From: Macrostomum hystrix
Taxonomy: Eukaryota > Animalia > Platyhelminthes
Direction of reading: 5' to 3'
Assembly (NCBI GenBank): GCA_950097015.1
Contig: CATNEN010000039.1
Span: 19,220,001 to 19,284,000 of the forward strand
DNA: 64,000 nt
Shown here one piece after another: positions 26,266 through 40,032 of this stretch (within the stretch, counting starts at the first letter, position 1; each line of letters opens with the position of its first letter). Below the pieces are notes generated by a model. It saw nothing but the letters and a program-made list of their open reading frames with translations. It searched no databases and was not told the DNA's origin. A program made the translations under genes and the position numbers.

Positions 26266-27231
26266 TCTGTTTAAGTTAAGTATCTACTCACACTCGATAA
26301 AGAGTCGAAGATGTAAAAAAACAGAAGAAAACGTCACACTTGAAGCAGTGAGAGCAAAAAAGTACGCAATTTTCGTATTTTTGCATGAATTATATTTATA
26401 AATGTTTAAGTAACCAGTAAACCCATGTTGATACTTTTTAATTTTCGCTAATAAATTACAAATAAACACACAGGATTTCCAATTTAGTCAGTCATTAACT
26501 AACAATTTAATTAATTAATTAATTTAATAAACCAGAAAGGCCCACAATAGAATAAACCTGCTACTCGTTTACCGGCTACATCATTGATGCTCCTATTTTT
26601 TTTAATAATAAGAAAATGGCTATCTACAGGTACACTACACTGTAAGCTTCATGTATGCGTCAATTTTTTTCAAAAAAATTAGTCGGCATATCGGTCAATT
26701 AATAGCTTCATCAGACATTAAAAGCAAGGGAAAGAGAAAAATATAAGCTAGCTGAAACTAAGCGCAGTACAGATGGTCAATCATAAAAAATGCAATTATT
26801 TGTTTTTGATGTACGTACTGTAAGATCAGATGCAGCAGCAGCAGCACTGTTCACTAACACAGGTTAATAGATCCGAGTTAATACAAATATACAAAAGCAG
26901 CATTACAGCGGATGCTCAAATTTTTAACTTTCATGTTACCAACATAAAAAAAACAAAATAAATTTTAATGCTGCGTAATTATATAGTAGCATTATTAATA
27001 TGAAAGTAATTTATAAAACACAAGGGAGTTTCTGGTGCAAAAGCTAAGTCTTTTGACTCAAAATAAAGACATACACTTAGATAGGTTTTTAGTAATCTAA
27101 AGGAGAAGGCAATTATTATAAGCATATGCAATGTGACAATGGCGTTGCTAGGATAGAAATAACAGATAACTGTTTAATGGTGTGTTAACTCAGTTTAAAA
27201 GCGTGTTTATTCTGCTTAGAAGATTGTTTAC

Positions 27232-27643
27232 TACCCTGTAAAAAATTCGGCTGCTTCTTCAGCGGGTTTTTGTGCAAAATAGGAGTGGAATCTACCAAAA
27301 TCCCCCCTATCTCGCAAGAGTTAAAGAAACCACCCAGGAAGCAGCCGATGTAACCGTAAATTGTGCGGAAACCGCCGAAGAATCACCCGAACCAGTGGCC
27401 CATGGGACAACCAGAGAATTATTTACGGGCGATTCCTCGGCGGTTTCTGAGCATGGAATCTTCCGAACTGGTGGGTGATTCCATTTCGCCACCAAGAAGC
27501 ACCGAGAAAACGCCCAGTTGGGTAGATTCTAAGCATGGAATCATCCGATTGGTATGTTTCCAGCGTTCGGCTGTTTCTTTTTCTGGAAACACGGCAGATT
27601 CCAACTGGAATCACCCAAAGAAACATCCCTTTTTTAGCGGGTA
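27232..27643. mobile_element. Possible non-autonomous DNA transposon (about 410 bp)
   Basis: Imperfect TIRs TACCCTGTAAAAAA / TTTTTTAGCGGGTA enclosing a GC-richer island. Confidence 0.45.
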
Positions 27644-28269
27644 TAGGTCAAAAGTCGCTAGGTTAGACGCCGACTTAGAATCCACCATCGAAAGTGTGAC
27701 GACTGAGAGTGACAACGGCAATCTAAATGAAGCTGGTGACAGTACTATGACCAAGCATGCCAAGTACGTGAAGGTGGCCAAGTGGACTTATTGAGAAGTC
27801 TCTGTGTTGGACAGGTCTTCAACTGCACGTTTAACTCTATAGGAAAGTAGTGCAAGACTGCTTATCAATTCATTATTCTTATAAACAGATTAGTAACGCT
27901 AAAATATATTAATTAATCGTTAATTCGTTACAAATAAAAATGTTAAAAAATTGCGGCACCAGTCTGTTTGTTGACTATTTTGACAGTTTCGAAAACCATA
28001 GACAAAAGGGTACAATATAATCTAGTCCTACACAATTATCTGCGGAGATCAATTTCTGTTGGCTAAACATTAATTATTAATTAATTATTAATTAATTACT
28101 TCCCCAGGGACACTGAACTAAAACGCAAGCTTTATGTTAGAAAACAAATGGCATAAACAGCGCAAAATAAAGTTATAAAAACGGTTCTTTTTTGAACACG
28201 TGGACTGGATTTTGCATGAAAAGGCCAGCCAGACAGACGGGTATTTGATAATAAATATGAAAATACATA

Positions 28270-28462
28270 GCCTTTTGCATTCAGTTCAAGAATAGCAGTC
28301 TGAGCCTCTCTCCTGGCCAGAAGTTATATGTCTATGGCAAAATCCTCCAACATTCGCCGCCAGTTCGAATTACGTTTGTAACTTCGCCTGTCCTGTCCAT
28401 AGATTTAGCCATAGACATAGAAATGCTCAGCCTGCTATTCTTGAACTGAATGCTAAAAGCCC
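28270..28462. repeat. Long inverted repeat (MITE-like hairpin) in the RTF1 3' region
   Basis: TTTTGCATTCAGTTCAAGAATAGCAGTCTGAGC pairs with GCTCAGCCTGCTATTCTTGAACTGAATGCTAAAA; inner ATGTCTATGGC/GCCATAGACAT. Confidence 0.8.
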
Positions 28463-28486
28463 TATTAATAAAACAGAACTAGAACA

Positions 28487-31400
28487 TCAAATAAGGCCCT
28501 TGCGTCGTTTATATTCGTCCAGATTCAAAGCGCGGCTGCTGGCGCTGCGGCCAAGCTCGCCGCCGCTAGCCTGGGTGCTGCGACAGACAGCCGGGGTGGC
28601 CACGGCCGGCACGTTGACTTCGATGTGCAAATCAAAGTTGTGAATGTCGTAGAAATCTGTGGGCTTGCCAGCGGAGGCGGCGGCGGCTTCGGGGGCGGTA
28701 GCCGCAGCCGACTGCGGAGTAAATGAAGGAGTTTTAGAAAGGCTCGGCGTTGAAGTCTGCGACTGGCTCGGAGGTCGCTGCTGGCCGGCCGGCGTTTGCT
28801 GCAGCAGCAGCTGCTGCTGTTGTCGAAAGCCGCACAATGACGGTCTCGTGGTGCGCCTGGTAAACGGGTCGCCGCCCTGTGACTCCATCTCGCGAACCTT
28901 AACGAGATTTGAGTGCTTAATTAGCGGATTTCTGGTTAAGCGCGGAAGCGGGAGGCGGAAGTCGAGAGAGGGCGGAAGTCAAGAGCGGGCGGAAGTCGAG
29001 AGGGGCGGAAGTCGAGAGGGGCGGAATTCGAGAGGGGTGGAAGTCGAGAGGGGGCGGAAGTCGAGAGGGAGCGGGAGTAGAATGAGGGCGGAAGTCGAGA
29101 GGGGCGGAAGTCGAGAGGGGCGGAAGTTGAAAGGGGCGGAAGTCGAGAGGGGACGGAAGTCGAGAGAGGGCGTAAGTCAAGAGCGGGCGGAAGTCAAGAG
29201 GGGGCGGAAGTCGAGAGGGGGCGGAAGTCGAGAGGGAGCGGGAGTAGAATGAGGGCGGAAGTCGAGAGGGGCGGAAGTCGAGAGGGGCGGAAGTCGAAAG
29301 GGGCGGAAGTCGAGAGGGGGCGGAAGTCGAGAGGGAGCGGGAGTAGAATGAGGGCGGAAGTCGAGAGGGAAGCGGAAGTCGAGAGGGAAGCGGAAGTCGA
29401 GAGGGAAGCGGAAGTCGAAAGGGGGCGGAAGTAAAAAGGGGCAAAAGTAGATGCAAAATTAATCAAGGGTGTAGACGCGGAAGTAGACAGGGCTTGAAAA
29501 TTTGACAGGGCGGATAGAGAGAGCGGATGTTAGACAGGGCGAAAGTAGGCAAACGAAGTAGACAATTCTGCCCATTTCGCTGACTCCGGAGAAAAAACAC
29601 ACGCACACTGATACTGAGCACTCACAAAAATGTGTACATCTGCCCTGACAATCTAATTGTGTACACTCTCAGTCTGCCTTGGAGGTTGGCTTTCAAAGGC
29701 GCAAATTGCACGACAAGCCTCCAAGCCTTCTCTCCGCTGCTGCGCCACAAGTGAATGTGGCCTCGCCGCGGAATCGAGCTCAGGGTGCGAGAGGCAAACG
29801 CGTTTGACCGCTCTGCCACTCACTCCATACACAGGGAGAAAAACGGGCTAAAATGGAACCGGAGTTGCTCTTAAAATACGCAGTCAGTCGAGCGGCTCAC
29901 CTCCTGGTATTCCTCCTTGAGAGCCTGCTCAGCCTGGCCAAGATTGTCCTTCCTATTCTTCCTGTTGACCTCGGAGATGGCGTTTACCTTCTTTGAGCGA
30001 GCCTCTTCAACACGCCGCTGTTCTTCTTCAACATCCTGCAGCTGCTCCTGAAGCTGACGAGCGCGCTCCAGGTCACCTTCCAGCTCGGCTAGGCCGCGCT
30101 CCTTCAGCAGCTGCGCTTTGCGATAGGCCGGGTTCACCGACAGAGTCACGAATCGGCGCTTCTCCTGCGAGGGTGGCAGGCGCAATAGGACTTCGTTGGT
30201 CAAGCTGACACTTTCTTAGAAATGACACACTAGAAATCATACAGTAGCCATTTTCTTAGAAATCATACAGTAGCCACTTTGTAAGAAATCATACAGTAGC
30301 CATTTTCTTAGAAATCATACAGCAGCCACTTTCTAAGAAATCATACAGTAGCCATTTTCTTAGAAATCATACAGTAGCCATTTTCTTAGAAATCATACAG
30401 TAGCCATTTTCTTAGAAATCATACAGTAGCCATTTTCTTAGAAATCATACAGTAGCCACTTTCTAAGAAATCATACAGTAGCAATTTTCTTAGAAATCAT
30501 ACAGTAGCCATTTTCTTAGAAATCATACAGTAGCCACTTTCTAAGAAATCATACAGTAGCCATTTTCTTAGAAATCATACAGTAGCCATTTTCTTAGAAA
30601 TCATACAGTAGCCATTTTCTTAGAAATCATACAGTAGCCACTTTCTAAGAAATCATACAGTAGCAATTTTCTTAGAAATCATACAGTAGCCATTTTCTTA
30701 GAAATCATACAGTAGCCACTTTCTAAGAAATCATACAGTAGCCATTTTCTTAGAAATCCCACAGTAGCCATTTTCTTAGAAATCATACAGTAGCCATTTT
30801 TCTGAGAAATCACACAGTAGCCACTTTCTTAGAAATCATACAGTAGCCATTTTTCTGAGAAATCATACAGTAGCCATTTTCTTAGAAATCATACAGTAGC
30901 CATTTTCTTAGATATCACACAGTTGCCACTTTCTTAGAAATCATACAGTAGCCATTTTCTTAGATATCACACAGTTGCCACTTTCTTAGAAATCATACAG
31001 TAGCCATTTTTCTGAGAAATCATACAGTAGCCATTTTCTTAGAAATCATACAGTAGCCATTTTCTTAGATATCACACAGTTGCCACTTTCTTAGAAATCA
31101 CACAGTAGCCATTTTCTTAGAAATCATACAGTGGACATATCATACAGTGGCAATCATACAGAAATCATACAGTAGAAATCAATCAAATCATCCTAAATGT
31201 CTAAGAAATCATACAGTAGCCACTTTCTTAGAAATCATACAGTAGCCACTTTCTTAGAAATCACACAGTAGCCATTTTCTTAGATATCACACAGTTGCCA
31301 CTTTCTTAGAAATCATACAGTAGCCATTTTCTTAGAAATCATACAGTAGCCACTTTCTAAGAAATCATACAGTAGCCATTTTCTAAGAAATCACACAGTA

Positions 31401-34400
31401 GCCATTTTCTTAGAAATCATACAGTGGACATATCATACAGTGGCAATCATACAGAAATCATACAGTAGAAATCAATCAAATCATCCTAAATGTCTAAGAA
31501 ATCATACAGTAGCCACTTTCTTAGAAATCATACAGTAGCCACTTTCTTAGAAATCACACAGTAGCCACTTTCTTAGAAATCATACAGTAGCCATTTTTCT
31601 TAGAAATCATACAGTAGCCATTTTCTTAGAAATCACACAGTAGCCACTTTCTTAGAAATCACACAGTAGCCACTTTCTTAGAAATCATACAGTAGCCATT
31701 TTTCTGAGAAATCATACAGTAGCCATTTTCTTAGAAATCATACAGTAGCCATTTTTCTGAGAAATCATACAGTAGCCATTTTCTGAGAAATCATACAGTA
31801 GCCATTTTCTTAGAAATCATACAGTAGCCATTTTCTTAGATATCACACAGTTGCCACTTTCTTAGAAATCATACAGTAGCCATTTTCTTAGATATCACAC
31901 AGTTGCCACTTTCTTAGAAATCATACAGTAGCCATTTTCTTAGATATCACACAGTTGCCACTTTCTTAGAAATCATACAGTAGCCATTTTCTTAGATATC
32001 ACACAGTTGCCACTTTCTTAGAAATCATACAGTAGCCATTTTCTTAGATATCACACAGTTGCCATTTTTCTTAGATATCACACAGTTGCCACTTTCTTAG
32101 AAATCATACAGTAGCCATTTTCTTAGATATCACACAGTTGCCACTTTCTTAGAAATCATAGAGTAGCGACTTTCTTAGAAATCACACACCAGTTGCCACT
32201 TCCTTAAAGCTACACAGTCGATGTATCATTTCCTTATACAAGAAGACTGTCTTAGAAAAACAGGCAAACCTGAATAATTTTCTCCAATTCCGCTTCGTCA
32301 CGAATCTCGTAGTTCATGTGCTGCCGGATTTCCTCAACCTTGCGCTCCATGAACTGCACAGTCGGCAGCGGCATTGCCGCTTCCTGCATTGCCAAGCGCC
32401 AGGCGTCGAATTCTTTCGGAGTGAACTCCTGATTGGAGACAAATTCCATGCGGAAGCTCTTCTCGTCCTTGGCGTGGCGCACGCGAAGGGTCTTGTTAGT
32501 CCGCGTACCACCCAGGCTGTAGGTGCGGGCGCCCTGATCGCTAACTTCCAAGATTTCAGCCACCTGGAGGAGGGGAAGACACAGAATTGCTTGACTTTGG
32601 CCTGCTTTGTTATTCGTTTCAAGCCAGAAAACATTGATCATTCATTCTTTGCAACTCAAACTAAAATTCTTATCCTTCATTTCTTTAAGTGTCTTTTTCA
32701 CTTGCATACTCGAATTACTGCCTCTTCCTGCTGTTTACTTGTGAGTTTTCCGCTCTCTACTCTTTATTTATTCGTTCCCTGTTCAAACTCATTCGCTCAC
32801 AACAGCCGATTCATCCGCTCTCTACTATCGATTCGTCCGCTCTCTATCGATACATCCGCTCTCTACTATCGATTCGTCCGCTCTCTACTATCAATTCATC
32901 CGCTCTCTACTATCGATTCATCTGCTCTATACTATCAATTCATCCGCTCTCTACTATCGATTCGTCCGCTCTCTACTATCGATTCATCCGCTCTCTACTA
33001 TCGATTCATCCGCTCTCTACTATCGATTCATCTTCTCTCTACTATCAATTCATCCGCTCTCTACTATCGATACATCCGCTCTCTACTAGCGATACATCCG
33101 CTCTCTACTATCGATTCGTCCGCTCTCTACTATCAATTCATCCGCTCTCTACTATCGATTCATCTGCTCTATACTATCAATTCATCCGCTCTCTACTATC
33201 GATTCGTCCGCTCTCTACTATCGATTCGTCCGCTCTCTACTATCGATTCATCCGCTCTCTACTATCGATTCATCCGCTCTCTACTATCAATTCATCCGCT
33301 CTCTACTATCGATACATCCGCTCTCTACTAGCGATACATCCGCTCTCTACTATCGATTCATCTGCTCTATACTATCAATTCATCCGCTCTCTACTATCGA
33401 TTCGTCCGCTCTCTACTATCGATTCGTCCGCTCTCTACTATCGATTCATCCGCTCTCTACTATCGATTCGTCCGCTCTCTACTATCGATTCATCCGCTCT
33501 CTACTATCGATTCATCCGCTCTCTACTATCGATTCATCCTCTCTCTACTATCAATTCATCCGCTCTCTACTATCAATTCATCCGCTCTCTACTATCAATT
33601 CATCCGCTCTCTACTAGCGATACATCCGCTCTCTACTATCGATTCGTCCGCTCTCTACTATCGATACATCCGCTCTCTACTATAGATTTGTCCGCTCTCC
33701 ACTATCAATTCATCCGCTCTCTACTATTGATACATCCGCTCTCTACTATCGATACATCCGCTCTCTACTATCGATACATCCACTCTCTACTATCGATACA
33801 TCCGCTCTCCACTATCAATTCATCCGCTCTCTACTATCGATTCGTCCGCTCTCTACTATCGATACATCCGCTCTCTACTATAGATTTGTCCGCTCTCCAC
33901 TATCAATTCATCCGCTCTCTACTATCGATTCGTCCGCTCTCTACTATCGATACATCCGCTCTCTACTATAGATTTGTCCGCTCTCTACTATCGATACATC
34001 CGCTCTCTACTATCGATTCATCCGCTCTCTACTATCAATTCATCCGCTCTCTACTATCGATACATCCGCTCTCTACTAGCGATACATCCGCTCTCTACTA
34101 TCGATTCATCCGCTCTCTACTATCGATACATCCGCTCTCTACTATCGATTCATCCGCTCTCTACTATCGATTCATCCGCTCTCTACTATCGATACATCCG
34201 CTCTCTACTAGCGATACATCTGCTCTCTACTATCGATTCGTCCGCTCTCTACTATCAATTCATCCTCTCTCTACAAGCGATACATCCGCTCTCTACTATC
34301 GATTCATCCGCTCTCTACTATCAATTCATCTGCTCTCTACTATCGATACGTCCGCTCTCTACTATCGATTCATCCGCTCTCTACTATCGATTCATCCGCT

Positions 34401-37400
34401 CTCTACTATCGATACATCCGCTCTCTACTATCAATTCATCCGCTCTCTACTATCAATTCATCTGCTCTCTACTATCGATACATCCGCTCTCTACTATCGA
34501 TTTATCCGCTCTCTACTGGCGAGACATCCGCTCTCTTCTTTTATTTTGTCTACTCTCTACTCTCTCTTGATCCACTCTCTACTTCAAATTCACCCGCTCG
34601 CTCTGTTAAGCCCGTGTTCCAGTGTCTCACAGTCGCATGTGAAGTTTTCACATTTTCACGTCGAAATGAATTTTTAATTTCATAATTTTCTTTATTTAAT
34701 AAATTGCCTGAAATTTCCTAAAGAGGAGAAGCGATTTTTCATCTCCTCAGAGTGGCCACACCTAGTATTTGAATCTCGTTAATCTCTTAACCTAGCCCCC
34801 GCCCCTGTTGGCGTGTCTAATTTTGCATCGTGACTTAGTTTCCAATTCTCCTCTCCAGTAGATTAGAAGCAGAACACACGAGCAGTGCTGAGGATTAAGA
34901 TCCAGTAATTTAGCAACCGGCATTTCCCAATCTTCAAAATCTAAAGATGTCAGCACGCAAGGCTGATGTTAAAGTGCAAATGCACACGGGAGCAGCTGCG
35001 ACACATGATTGGATCAGAGGTCAGGTTAGGGCAAATCAAAGGTTAGACTGTAGGGGAGCATTGTTTCAAAGAACATTTTAATAGTTCCTAAATGTCCGAT
35101 TCTGTATATATATCTACTAAAAAAGATGACAAACAGTTTTTAAAAAAAATTCTATACATAACTACTCACTTATTTTACTTTTCTCATACAGCTCTTAGAT
35201 TTAATAAAAATCAGTTCTGACAACTGTTGGTTCTGAGAAATGTCGGTTCTGAGAAATATCGGTTCTGAGAAATGTCGGTTCTGAGAAATGTCGGTTTTGA
35301 GAATTGTTGGTTCTGAGAAATGTCGGTTCTAAGAAATGTTCGTTCTGAGAATTGTTGGTTCTAAAAATGTCGGTTCTGACAAATGTCGCTTCCGAGAAAT
35401 GTCGGTTTTGAGAATTGTTGGTTCTGAGAAATGACGGTTTTGAGAATCGTTGGTTCTAAGAATTGTTGGTTCTGAAAAATGTTGATTCTAAGAAATATTG
35501 GTTCTGAGAATTGCTGGTTCTAAAAATGTCGGTTCTGTGAATTGTTAGTTCTGAGAATGGTTAGTTCTGAGCAATGTCGGTTCTGAGAAACGCGTTGGTT
35601 CTGAGAAATGTCTTTTCTGAGAAACGTGTTGGTTTTGAGAAATGTCGGTTCTGAGAAATGCCGGTTCTGAGAAATGATGTTTCTAAGAATTGTTAGTTCT
35701 GAGAATTGTTGGTTCTGAGAAATGACGGTTCTGAGAAATGTCGGTTCTGAGACACGTTGGTTCTGAGAAATGTTGTTTCTAAGAAATTTTGGTTCTGAGA
35801 AACGCTTTTGTTATGAGAAATGTTGGTTCTGAGAAATGTTGGTTCTGAGAAATGTTGGTTCTAAGAATTGCTGTTTCTAAGAAATGTTGGTTCTGAGAAA
35901 TGACGGTTCTGAGAAATGTCGGTTCTGAGAAACGCGTTGGTTCTGAGAAATGTCTTTTCTGAGAAACGTGTTGGTTTTGAGAAATGTCGGTTCTGAGAAA
36001 TGCCGGTTCTGAGAAATGATGTTTCTAAGAATTGTTAGTTCTGAGAATTGTTGGTTCTGAGAAATGACGGTTCTGAGAAATGTCGGTTCTGAGACACGTT
36101 GGTTCTGAGAAATGTTGTTTCTAAGAAATTTTGGTTCTGAGAAACGCTTTTGTTATGAGAAATGTTGGTTCTGAGAAATGTTGGTTCTGAGAAATGTTGG
36201 TTCTAAGAATTGCTGTTTCTAAGAAATGTTGGTTCTGAGAAATGTTGATTCTGAGAATTGTTTGTCATAAGAAACGTTGGTTTTGAGTGATGTCGGTTCG
36301 AAGAAATTTCAGTTCTGAGCTAGTGAGTTTTGCTAAATTGAAAATCGCAGGAAGGCTGTTAATAAATCACTCACCCGGTACACTGTCTGATCGTGATTGC
36401 TGCCAATACCGACTCGCACAAAGCAGCCGACAACCAGCTTGGCAAAGAATGGCATGTGCACCCAACGCTCCAGTTTGTGCCGGCTAAGCCTAATGTTAGC
36501 CAGCTGGACCAGGGAGTCCACCGGGCGCTGGCTGGCACCCTCGGCTTCGTCCTCGTCGTCGCTGCTGCGCCTGGCCGCGCTTTCGATTGCGCCGCCTTCG
36601 TCGTCGGACGTGTCTACGCTGGAATCGTCGTCATCGTCGTCGCTGCTAGTCGACGAAGATGACGATGATGACGAGGTGGCTGCAGTCTTTCGTATGCCGC
36701 TCTGCTGTCGCGACTTGCCACCTCCGCCGCCGCCGCCGTCGCTGTCACCGGAGCTGTCTGAGAACACGTCCGAGGCTTTCAATAGTTGCTTCTTTTTGCG
36801 ATCCTCGCGCTGCTGACGCAGGGCCTCCAGTTTGGAGGCCTTGGAGCCGCGCTTCTCGTCTAGAGCTTTCTTGCGCTCCACCGACGCCGTGGCAGCTGCC
36901 GGCGTCGCGTCAGAAACGTCAGAATCCGAAGCCGACGAAGCTTCAACAGCTGGCGTGTCAGTTCTGCGCTGCTGCTTCTGCTGCCGCTGGTTCTGCTGCT
37001 CGCGCTCCTTCTCGCGCATTCGCTGCTTCACCAGCTGTCGCGACCTGACTCAGGTTAGTAATTTGGGAGCAAGGGGGTTAGGCCTGGCAACACAGAACGC
37101 TTCGAAACCATTTTAGATAATCAGTAGAACTACAAATGGGGGAATTCCGTATAAAGCTCGTATACGAATATGAAATACACTAGCTCTTATAGGAAAAATC
37201 TGGAACTCGGCCAGAACCGTTGAATATCTCGACGGCCTGAAGAGATAGCGACTTGATTATTATTACAAAAGATGCGCAACAAAAAGTTGGCCCCGTGTTC
37301 TTAAGTTTCTGTTTCTTGCCTTGCTCCTTTAGGGTGCAGAAAAAAAAGTGGTCTGATCTCTCCGCTTTCTCATCTCTCCTGTGTCTCTACTCTCCCCTGT

Positions 37401-38873
37401 CTCATCTCCCCGTCATCTATCCCCTGTATAATATTTCTACAGTCAATGCGGCCCGCTGTCGTCTTTAGGGTTCTCTCTGGCCCGCTAGCTAATAGGTTCG
37501 GCGGCCCCCGGTCTAGGGTGGATAGTGAATCTAGACATGACATTATTATTCTTGAGATATTGCTTAGACTAAAAATTGGACTTGAATTCAAATTAAAACG
37601 ATGAATGAAAAAACTGTAGCCGTAATCGTTCCGCTATTTTAAACCTAATGTTAACCGGTGATGCAGAAATATTGCAACGAAAATCTCGCTAGCTACGAGG
37701 TAGGCTGCACTGGATTGATTGATTGTTTGATTTTGCGCGTTTTAATTGTTTACCTTCTCGATATTTCTGGTTTTCGCATTTATACTGCATTTGTTATTTT
37801 TAAGAGCTTAGAAGGACTTCTTCTACTTCGAGCAAGCGAGAAACTTCTAGTTCCAGAATAACCAACCAGAACCCACCACCTCACTTCCTGGCCTGTGCAC
37901 CCACCACCTCACTTCCTGGCCTGTGCACCCACCACCTCACTTCCTGGCCTGTGCACCCACCACCTCACTTCCTGGCCTGTGCACCCACCACCTCACTTCC
38001 TGGCCTGTGCACCCACCACCTCACTTCCTGGCCTGTGCACCCACCACCTCACTTCCTGGCCTGTGCACCCACCACCTCACTTCCTGGCCTGTGCACCCAC
38101 CACCTCACTTCCTGACCTGTGCACCCACCACCTCACTTCCTGCCCTGTGCACCCACCACCTCACTTCCTGCCCTGTTCACCTACCATCTTGCTTCCTGGC
38201 CTGTGCACCCACCACCTCACTTCCTGGCCTGTGCACCCACCACCTCACTTCCTGCCTTGTGCACACCCCACCTCACTTCCTGGCCTGTGCACCCACCATC
38301 TTGCTTCCTGGCCATCCACCCACCACCTCACTTCCTGCCATGTGCACCCACCACCTCACTTCCTGCCTTGTGCACATTTCACCTCACTTCCTGGCCTGTG
38401 CACCCACCACCTCACTTCCTGGCCATCCACCCACCACCTCACTTCCAGCCGTCAACACCCACAACCTCACTTCCTGTCCTCTGCCCTTCTGCCCACTGCG
38501 CCAACATACGTTTAGCATTCATTCGCTCTCACCGAATGGCCTCTCGCTTTTCCGCACGCCGGAAGAGCTCCTGTTCGCGCTCGCGCTCCGTCATTTGCGC
38601 CAGCTTACGCCTGTCCTCAGCGTCACCCATCAAATCGTCGTCCAATCCATCGTCATCATCGTCGACAATTTCGCCATCCTCGTCGCTGCTAGATGACTGT
38701 AGTCGGGCGCGTTTGCCGCCGCGGCGACCAACGGCTCCGCTGCGAGCAGTTTTTCTCTGCTTAGAAACAACTGAAGCGTTTGAGGCGGAAGCGGCCGCGC
38801 GCTTGCCACCAGCGGTTTCAATGGCGGCCTCCCAGTCTGAGGAGTCAGACGTGGCGCTAGACGAATCTGACAT
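28487..38873 (-). CDS. RTF1: RNA polymerase-associated protein RTF1 (Paf1 complex, Plus3 domain), about 659 aa, 5 exons
   Basis: Exons 38873-38533, 37044-36375, 32563-32270, 30164-29901, 28897-28487. Motifs [58 protein letters not shown] and [13 protein letters not shown]. Confidence 0.95.
28940..29432. repeat. G-rich minisatellite of about 17 bp (GGCGGAAGTCGAGAGGG) in RTF1 intron 4
   Basis: Directly visible; ends about 40 nt from the acceptor. Confidence 0.92.
29563..29826 (-). mobile_element. tRNA-derived SINE, family 1 (3'-truncated)
   Basis: Similar to 46733-47013; A-box TGGCAGAGCGG and B-box-like CTCGATTCC on the minus strand. Confidence 0.75.
30212..32205. repeat. 26-bp minisatellite (AGAAATCATACAGTAGCCATTTTCTT) filling RTF1 intron 3
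   Basis: About 70 copies; an internal interruption is duplicated at about 31130 and 31425. Confidence 0.96.
32808..34535. repeat. 22-bp minisatellite (ATCCGCTCTCTACTATCGATTC) in RTF1 intron 2
   Basis: Directly visible, about 78 copies. Confidence 0.96.
35212..36320. repeat. Degenerate 16-bp minisatellite (TTCTGAGAAATGTCGG) in RTF1 intron 2
   Basis: Directly visible, with a higher-order duplication of about 340 bp. Confidence 0.92.
37122..37510 (+). mobile_element. Fused fragments of the TTAA MITE family (37122-37345) and the hAT-like family (37350-37510)
   Basis: Similar to 40500-40670 and to 17400-17517. Confidence 0.65.
37871..38478. repeat. 28-bp minisatellite (CACCCACCACCTCACTTCCTGGCCTGTG) in RTF1 intron 1
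   Basis: Homogeneous on the left, degenerate toward the donor. Confidence 0.95.
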
Positions 38874-39102
38874 GTTTCTCTGCTAGCGTGAACTTGACTT
38901 GGGTTTTTGCTAGCTAAACCAAATGCTGCTTTTTCACGAAATATGGACGCTGAAAAACAATTGTGACTCAATATTTTGTCATAGATGTAAAAATAATAAT
39001 AATGCGTATACGTCTTTAGAAACTGGACTAGAAACGTGGTTAGAAACACCAAGTAGCATTTTAGAGAAGTTGAACAATAGAACAAAGCAATAACTGCAAC
39101 GC

Positions 39103-39640
39103 ACTGACCACCAACCTCACTCTCCGCCCCTCTGCCAGCTGAACTGACCACCAACCTCACTCTCCGCCCCTCTGCCAGCTGAACTGACCACCAACCTCAC
39201 TCCCCGCCCCTCTGCCAGCTGAACTGACCACCAACCTCACTCCCCGCCCCTTTGCCAGCTGAACTGACCACCAACCTCACTCCCCGCCCCTCTGCCAGCT
39301 GAACTGACCACCAACCTCACTCTCCGCCCCTCTGCCAGCTGAACTGACCACCAACCTCACTCCCCGCCCCTCTGCCAGCTGAACTGACCACCAACCTCAC
39401 TCCCCGCCCCTCTGCCAGCTGAACTGACCACCAACCTCACTCCCCGCCCCTCTGCCAGCTGAACTGACCACCAACCTCACTCCCCGCCCCTCTGCCAGCT
39501 GAACTGACCACCAACCTCACTCCCCGCCCCTCTGCCAGCTGAACTGACCACCAACCTCACTCCCCGCCCCTCTGCCAGCTGAACTGACCACCAACCTCAC
39601 TCCCCGCCCCTTTGCCAGATGCACTGACCACACACCTCAT
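39103..39640. repeat. 40-bp minisatellite (CTGACCACCAACCTCACTCCCCGCCCCTCTGCCAGCTGAA) upstream of RTF1
   Basis: About 13 copies. Confidence 0.96.
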
Positions 39641-40032
39641 TACCTGACCCCCTTCCTATATAGCTGCACTGACTGTGCATCTGCAAGCTGAACTCACCAC
39701 CCCACCTCAAACCCTGCAAGCATTGATAAGAAATTTTAACACTTTCGTTGAATACAGGTTGCCAAATTTCCCTTTTAATTAACAGAGGTAGCATGAGACT
39801 GAATTATAAATGAAAATCTAATCCATCTTACAGAATGATTCGCTAGATTCTTAATGACTTAAGCTATCCTTAAATAATTACTTCAAGCACGATAGGGGCG
39901 ACAAATAGAATTAGAATTGAAAATCCTGCAGTGTTGCAGATTCCTTAATTAGGCCTAGAAAACCGGAGCACACAATTTTAATATACTTTTTAAACCGTGT
40001 TTAAAATATAATACTGTCTCTTTCTCCCTTAA

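Noticed and set aside
27272-27794. Short ORFs in the RTF1-TRIP11 spacer
   Set aside because: No recognisable domain; they overlap a probable TIR element
32318-34677. 662-aa and 337-aa + strand ORFs
   Set aside because: Product of the 22-bp intronic satellite, antisense to RTF1
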